Below, in pieces: positions 59,649 to 64,000 of a stretch of 64,000 bases of DNA. The position numbers were made by a program, and so were the translations under genes. Source of the stretch: a virus. Below the pieces are notes generated by a model that was given only the letters and a program-made list of their open reading frames with translations, was not told the DNA's origin and did not search any database. Within the stretch, counting starts at the first letter, position 1. Every line of letters begins with the position of its first letter. Location of the stretch: IMG/VR virus record IMGVR_UViG_3300021371_000009, positions 1 to 64,000 of that record. One strand, 5' to 3'.

Positions 59649-60745
59649 TAGTAACCCTCTTCAATTCTCTTCTTATGCAATGGTTCAATTTCTCTGAAGT
59701 TCATAGTTACTTGAATTTCTGTAGGTTGACCATCTCTATTAGTAGAAAAAACTCCAGTTGAAGTGTAGTTAGTATTGAATGAAGTTAAATAGCAAGTTGA
59801 TATTTTGTGCATGAATTGATTATGTCTATTTTGATGCATGATAGAAATATCAAATAGTGAAGGATAATCAAAGAACAACCCACTAGGTATCAACTCAGGA
59901 TGCATATGAAATCTAAATGTTTTAATAATCTCATCAATAGCAACTGCTTCTTGTTCAGACCTTGCGGCAAACTCATATGTAAAAGTAAATTCTCTAAAAG
60001 ACATGCTTTCAAATCTTTGTTCGATATGTGGATTTGAAACTCTTCTTGTAGAGACTTCCATAACATTCTGCAGGTTCATACCAAACATATCTGGTATTTG
60101 AAACAATACTTCTGATGCAAGTCTCGCCGCTTGACCACCCAAGTTTGCTAAATCAGCATTAGCATTATCACCTGCTCCTGCTCTTGCTAATAGTCCAACA
60201 AGAGGACCCATTTTTGCTTCTGTATAATTAGCAGTTGAGTTCATCGTCATTGTATTTGGTACTGCAAGTGCAATTGAAGAGTTTAACTTCTTTAAATTTT
60301 GTGCGCCGCCAAACGCGCCATCTGTAAACTTACCTAGACTGTCAGTCACCGCTGATCCAGTTTCACTACTTAGCGCATCATCTACAAGTCCGCCTTCACC
60401 TCCAGTAATTGCTTTACCCAATTCGGCGGCATATTCTCCACCCTTTTCTACAACTCCTCTTACATCAAGTTTGTTTCCTAATATTGCAGATTCCCCTTTC
60501 CATGCTCTAGGTTCTCCCGGAGTTCCTTGTAAAGAGGTAAAGGATGTTGTTTCATCAAAGTATATGTCAAAGATAACATGATTATCAAATTCAGCAGGTG
60601 CGTCAATACCCAAATCAATGGGATATGTCAATCCCATTGTACCATACTGTCTACCAGTCTTCGCTGGTTCACCTAATCTAGACGAATTTCTGGCAAATCG
60701 ACCTAGTGCCGAACTGCCAGTAAAATGTGGGTTTAATATCGCCAT
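59648..60745 (-). CDS. gp48: baseplate tail-tube cap
   Basis: LTYPIDL, NPHIEQRF..MSFREFTF, YPSLFDI, NFREIE. Confidence 0.88.
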   Translation of the reverse strand: MAILNPHFTGSSALGRFARNSSRLGEPAKTGRQYGTMGLTYPIDLGIDAPAEFDNHVIFDIYFDETTSFTSLQGTPGEPRAWKGESAILGNKLDVRGVVEKGGEYAAELGKAITGGEGGLVDDALSSETGSAVTDSLGKFTDGAFGGAQNLKKLNSSIALAVPNTMTMNSTANYTEAKMGPLVGLLARAGAGDNANADLANLGGQAARLASEVLFQIPDMFGMNLQNVMEVSTRRVSNPHIEQRFESMSFREFTFTYEFAARSEQEAVAIDEIIKTFRFHMHPELIPSGLFFDYPSLFDISIMHQNRHNQFMHKISTCYLTSFNTNYTSTGVFSTNRDGQPTEIQVTMNFREIEPLHKKRIEEGY

Positions 60746-60757
60746 ATGGTTTCTTCC

Positions 60758-60786
60758 TATAAATAGTAATTACGATATTATTTATA
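60758..60786. promoter_or_regulatory. pair of face-to-face late promoters at the strand switch
   Basis: TATAAATA on + at 60758-60765 and on - at 60786-60779. Confidence 0.8.
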
Positions 60787-60799
60787 AGAGTTTTTCGAT

Positions 60800-61234
60800 A
60801 TGGCATATAAAGGTAGATACACTCCACAAAATAAAGACAAATACGCAGGTAATCCATCGAATGTGATATATCGCTCTCTTTGGGAACGTAAACTTATGAA
60901 ATGGTGTGACCTAAATCCTGACGTTATCAAATGGGGAAGTGAAGAAACTGTGATTCCTTATGTGTCACCTCTTGATAATAAAATACATCGATATTTCGTA
61001 GACTTCTATATACAAGTCAGAACAAAAGATGGACTGATTAAATCTTATCTAGTAGAAGTAAAACCCAAAAAATACACTAAACCTCCCGAAACTAATCCTA
61101 AGAAGAAGTCAAAGTCTTGGTTTTCTGAAGTTAAGAATTGGGGAGTTAATTCTGCGAAATGGAAAGCGGCAAGTGAATATGCTAAAGATAAGAAATGGGA
61201 TTTCATAATTCTCACAGAAGACCATTTAAAGTAG
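60800..61234 (+). CDS. gp4: head completion nuclease
   Basis: YRSLWE, WGSEE..IPY, HRYFVDF, VEVKP, LTE. Confidence 0.95.
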   Translation: MAYKGRYTPQNKDKYAGNPSNVIYRSLWERKLMKWCDLNPDVIKWGSEETVIPYVSPLDNKIHRYFVDFYIQVRTKDGLIKSYLVEVKPKKYTKPPETNPKKKSKSWFSEVKNWGVNSAKWKAASEYAKDKKWDFIILTEDHLK

Positions 61235-61247
61235 CATAAATACTATT

Positions 61248-61841
61248 ATGGCAGAGATTAAAGTACTAGAAGAAATAAGGAATGCGTCTGGAGACCAAAG
61301 ACGTTCTGCACAATGGTATCAAGACCAAGTAAAAAGTCTTGTCGGTACTCGCTATGAACCTACGCAGTTTCAAAGAGAGTATGCAGAAAATATGACAGGC
61401 AGAATGTTACCTGGACGTATGTATTTGATAAACTATTCAAACCCTATTGGAAAAGGAACTCCAGCATTACCTTACTATGATATGTTTCCTCTTATACTTC
61501 CATTTAATGTCGAAAGTAGTTACATTACCGCACTAAACTTTCACTATCTACATCCAGTCAATAGAGTTATACTATTAGAGAAACTAAGTAGATTTAAAAT
61601 AGGTGATACAGATATTCAAACGAGAATTCGTGCAGATTGGGGTATACTAAGTAACTTTGCTAGATTTAGAGAAGTAAGACCTTCTGTGAAGAGATATAAG
61701 AAAAGTCAAATAAAAGGTAGATACTTGTTTATACAACCTGATGACTGGACAACAGCGGCAATGTTACCGACAGAGAGTTTTAGGGGTGCAAGTAAGCAAC
61801 AAGTCTATTTAGACAGTAACAGAAAAATGAGGGCAAGATGA
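61248..61841 (+). CDS. gp2: DNA end protector protein
   Basis: LPYYDMFPL, LNFHYL, LPTESF. Confidence 0.92.
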   Translation: MAEIKVLEEIRNASGDQRRSAQWYQDQVKSLVGTRYEPTQFQREYAENMTGRMLPGRMYLINYSNPIGKGTPALPYYDMFPLILPFNVESSYITALNFHYLHPVNRVILLEKLSRFKIGDTDIQTRIRADWGILSNFARFREVRPSVKRYKKSQIKGRYLFIQPDDWTTAAMLPTESFRGASKQQVYLDSNRKMRAR

Positions 61842-62596
61842 GTATAGATAATTTTATTGCAGAAGTGCATGGAAGAGACGGAGCAGGACTTGCAAAGTCT
61901 AATAGGTATATGGTAGTTATTGATGTGCCTAGAGGTCCATCTGCTAATAATTTAGGTCGCTCTTCTAGATTTTCAGATATTAGTGCGGGTCAAAATCAAT
62001 ACGGAAGATACTCGCAACTAATAAATGGTCAAAGACTAGTAAATCTTTACTGTGAAGCAACATCACTACCATCAATGAACATAGATACTAAATTAAATAA
62101 ACAGTATGGACCAGGAAGAGAAATTCCTTATGGTCATAGTTATACGCCTGTCAACTTTACATTTTATATGGACAGAGAGTATACTGTAAAGAAATTTTTT
62201 GATGCGTGGCAGAGAACAATTATTGACCCAGACACATCAAAAACTAATTACTACAATGAATATGTGACTTCTGTTCATATTCTAGCACTAGATAATAAAG
62301 ACAGCATAGATGCAAATGGAACACTAAGAGCAAAATATCAATGCACACTGATAGAAGCATATCCAAAAACTGTTGCTGAAATTGCATACAGCGCAAGTAA
62401 CTCTGAAGTAGCAAGACTTCAAGTATCAATGCAATTCAGAAAATGGAAAGAAACTACTGCGGCGACTGGTATTGGTTCACTTGGTTCTAATATTGTCATG
62501 AATGATTATGTAACATATAATCCTGTGCAGTCAGTACAAGCACGTTCTGATGCGAATTTCGCAAGAATGGAAGCAGACGTTGAAGATTTATGGTAA
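61838..62596 (+). CDS. tail tube initiator (gp54 / gp19 family)
   Basis: GLAKSNRY, CEATSLP, FFDAWQ, EAYPKTV. Confidence 0.82.
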   Translation: MSIDNFIAEVHGRDGAGLAKSNRYMVVIDVPRGPSANNLGRSSRFSDISAGQNQYGRYSQLINGQRLVNLYCEATSLPSMNIDTKLNKQYGPGREIPYGHSYTPVNFTFYMDREYTVKKFFDAWQRTIIDPDTSKTNYYNEYVTSVHILALDNKDSIDANGTLRAKYQCTLIEAYPKTVAEIAYSASNSEVARLQVSMQFRKWKETTAATGIGSLGSNIVMNDYVTYNPVQSVQARSDANFARMEADVEDLW

Positions 62597-62635
62597 TTAA
62601 ATATTAACTAACGATTAAACTATGGAGAAAACAAT

Positions 62636-63340
62636 ATGGCACTACCAAGACTTGATGCACCACAATATGACTTGACATTATATAATGGTGAGAATATTAA
62701 GTTCAGACCTTTTCTGGTCAAAGAACAAAAACTTCTTCTATTGGCAGTAGAAGAGCAAGAACAAAAACATGTTATGAATGCTATGAAGCAAATCATTTCA
62801 AATTGCATCTTCGACCAAGTAGATGTAAATACATTACCTATATTCGAAATCGAGAATATATTCTTACGATTGAGAGAAAAATCTGTAGGTGAGCAAATTG
62901 ATTTGAGATTAGTATGTACTGATGAAGAGTGTAAAGGACAAACACCCTATACATTGGACTTGACACAAATTAAATATGATATGGATAGTATTCCTAGTAG
63001 AACAATTAAGATTAGTGAAAATGTTAATCTTAATATGAGATTTCCAACAATGTCAAATTTAGAAGATGTAACTAATTTAGAAAATGTAGAAGATAACTTC
63101 AAATTTCTTGCGAGTTGTATTGAAAGCATTGAAGCAGATGGAAATATCTATGATGTAGATACAACACCGAAAGAAGAAATTCAAGCATTCATCGAAAGTA
63201 TGACAACATCACAATTTAATATGCTAAAGAATTTCTTTACAACTTTACCAAGATTATCGAAAGACCTTGATTATACATGCAGTAAGTGTGGAAAGGAACA
63301 AAAAAGAGTAATTAGTGGAATACAAAGTTTTTTAGCGTAG
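62636..63340 (+). CDS. gp26: baseplate hub assembly chaperone
   Basis: MALPRL, FRPFLVKEQKLLL, LREKSVGE, CxxC pairs, GIQSF. Confidence 0.93.
   Translation: MALPRLDAPQYDLTLYNGENIKFRPFLVKEQKLLLLAVEEQEQKHVMNAMKQIISNCIFDQVDVNTLPIFEIENIFLRLREKSVGEQIDLRLVCTDEECKGQTPYTLDLTQIKYDMDSIPSRTIKISENVNLNMRFPTMSNLEDVTNLENVEDNFKFLASCIESIEADGNIYDVDTTPKEEIQAFIESMTTSQFNMLKNFFTTLPRLSKDLDYTCSKCGKEQKRVISGIQSFLA
63328..63334 (+). other. candidate -1 ribosomal frameshift heptamer T TTT TTA
   Basis: X XXY YYZ phased on the gp26 frame; the -1 frame stays open to the end of gp51. Confidence 0.7.
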
Positions 63341-63369
63341 GCCTCTCGCATGATGATTTAGTAAATCAC

Positions 63370-63516
63370 ATGAGAACTAATTTTGCACTAATGCAACATC
63401 ATAAATACTCATTAACAGAACTTGAAAATATGATGCCATGGGAGAGGGAAATTTATATAACTCTGTTGACCCAATTTATTGAAGAAGAAAATGAAAAAGC
63501 AAAACAACGGAGATAA
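63370..63516 (+). CDS. gp51: baseplate hub assembly catalyst (not in ORF track); probably also or only made as a gp26 fusion
   Basis: MRTNFALMQHHKYSLTELENMMPWEREIYITLL... Confidence 0.88.
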   Translation: MRTNFALMQHHKYSLTELENMMPWEREIYITLLTQFIEEENEKAKQRR

Positions 63517-63519
63517 TAA

Positions 63520-63852
63520 ATGGGAGAAGATATTAAAGAAGCAGGTTACCATCCAGCAGATGTAAATGGTGATGGTAAAGTCACACCTGATGAAAAGCAA
63601 ATGTATCTAGAGTTCAAAAGAAAAGAACTGGAGGATGCTGACGCAAGAAGAGATGCAATGAGACAGATGACATGGTTTGCGTTGTTGGGTATGTTATTCT
63701 ATCCAGCAGGCATTTTGATTACATCATTACTAGGACAAGATAAAGCGGCGACACTAATTGCAGATATCGCACCGACTTATTTTGTCGCAATCTCAGCATT
63801 GGTTGCCGCCTACTTTGGAGCAAATGCATATGCTGATAAGAAAAGCAAATAG
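63520..63852 (+). CDS. small membrane protein with an EF-hand-like loop (holin-like)
   Basis: DVNGDGKVT loop followed by two hydrophobic helices ending AYFGANA. Confidence 0.6.
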   Translation: MGEDIKEAGYHPADVNGDGKVTPDEKQMYLEFKRKELEDADARRDAMRQMTWFALLGMLFYPAGILITSLLGQDKAATLIADIAPTYFVAISALVAAYFGANAYADKKSK

Positions 63853-63860
63853 GTAATTAA

Positions 63861-64000
63861 ATGGCAGACAAAAAAGACACCATTGGCGGATTGAGTGATG
63901 CGGTAGAAACTCTGAATAAAGATAATGCCACATCTGGTATAGAAAGTAATCAAATACTAGGTAATATCGAAAGTGGTATTCAAGATTTATATGCCGTCAA
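63861..64000 (+). CDS. start of probable tape measure / gp29-like protein (partial)
   Basis: ATG at 63861 after AGGT, MADKKDTIGGLSDAVETLNK..., open to the window edge; identity inferred from position only. Confidence 0.45.
   Translation, partial: MADKKDTIGGLSDAVETLNKDNATSGIESNQILGNIESGIQDLYAV

Noticed and set aside
452-60866. Many 60-180 aa plus-strand and nested ORFs in the track (e.g. 15032-15565, 24764-25138, 45821-46186)
   Set aside because: They lie opposite or inside well-supported genes and have no recognisable motifs.
60800-61234. TnsA-like endonuclease suggesting a transposon
   Set aside because: Sequence and position next to gp2 identify it as head completion protein gp4; no transposon ends or partner genes.
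1-64000. Avoidance of other palindromes (GTAC, TGCA, TCGA, CTAG, CATG, GCGC, CTNAG)
   Set aside because: These occur outside GG/CC context, so the bias is motif-specific rather than general palindrome loss.
1-64000. tRNA, rRNA or CRISPR arrays
   Set aside because: Intergenic gaps are short and none shows a cloverleaf or repeat-spacer pattern by eye; tRNAscan-SE or Infernal would be needed to exclude small RNAs.

Overview
A 64-kb segment of an AT-rich, large T4-like myovirus genome whose gene content resembles marine T4-like phages (inference; no photosynthesis genes here). Almost all genes are on the minus strand until about 60.75 kb. Left to right: a HEXXH/VWA protein (partial); an overlapping cluster of modification enzymes (SAM methyltransferase, SPPY-type DNA amino-methyltransferase, 2OG-Fe(II) oxygenase, fold-II PLP enzyme, GNAT-AspH fusion, JmjC oxygenase, peptide deformylase); gp46, gp47, a flavin-dependent halogenase, gp55, UvsW, UvsY; the head, tail and packaging block (gp3, 23, 22, 21, 20, 19, 18, 17, 16, 15, 14, 13); a modular tail-fibre region with five tandem paralogs; the baseplate block (DUF4815/VrlC-like, gp8, 7, 6, 25, PAAR, gp5, gp27-like, gp53, gp48); then on the plus strand gp4, gp2, gp54-like, gp26, gp51, a membrane protein and the start of a probable tape measure. 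The strongest unexplained signal is window-wide and was found by eye, not computed: GATC, GANTC and GCWGC occur essentially only where a GG/CC dinucleotide overlaps the site, and RGCT was not found. This suggests a CC/GG-context DNA (hyper)modification that shields sites, and the 1.8-7.3 kb enzyme cluster is the obvious candidate. Other highlights: a likely -1 frameshift (T TTT TTA) fusing gp26 to gp51, a perfect antisense sigma70 promoter upstream of gp55, an RBS-occluding hairpin over the gp13 late promoter, near-identical 44-47 nt loop cassettes shared by diverged fibre paralogs, and four small ORFs missed by the ORF track. No tRNA, rRNA, CRISPR array or mobile element was recognised.
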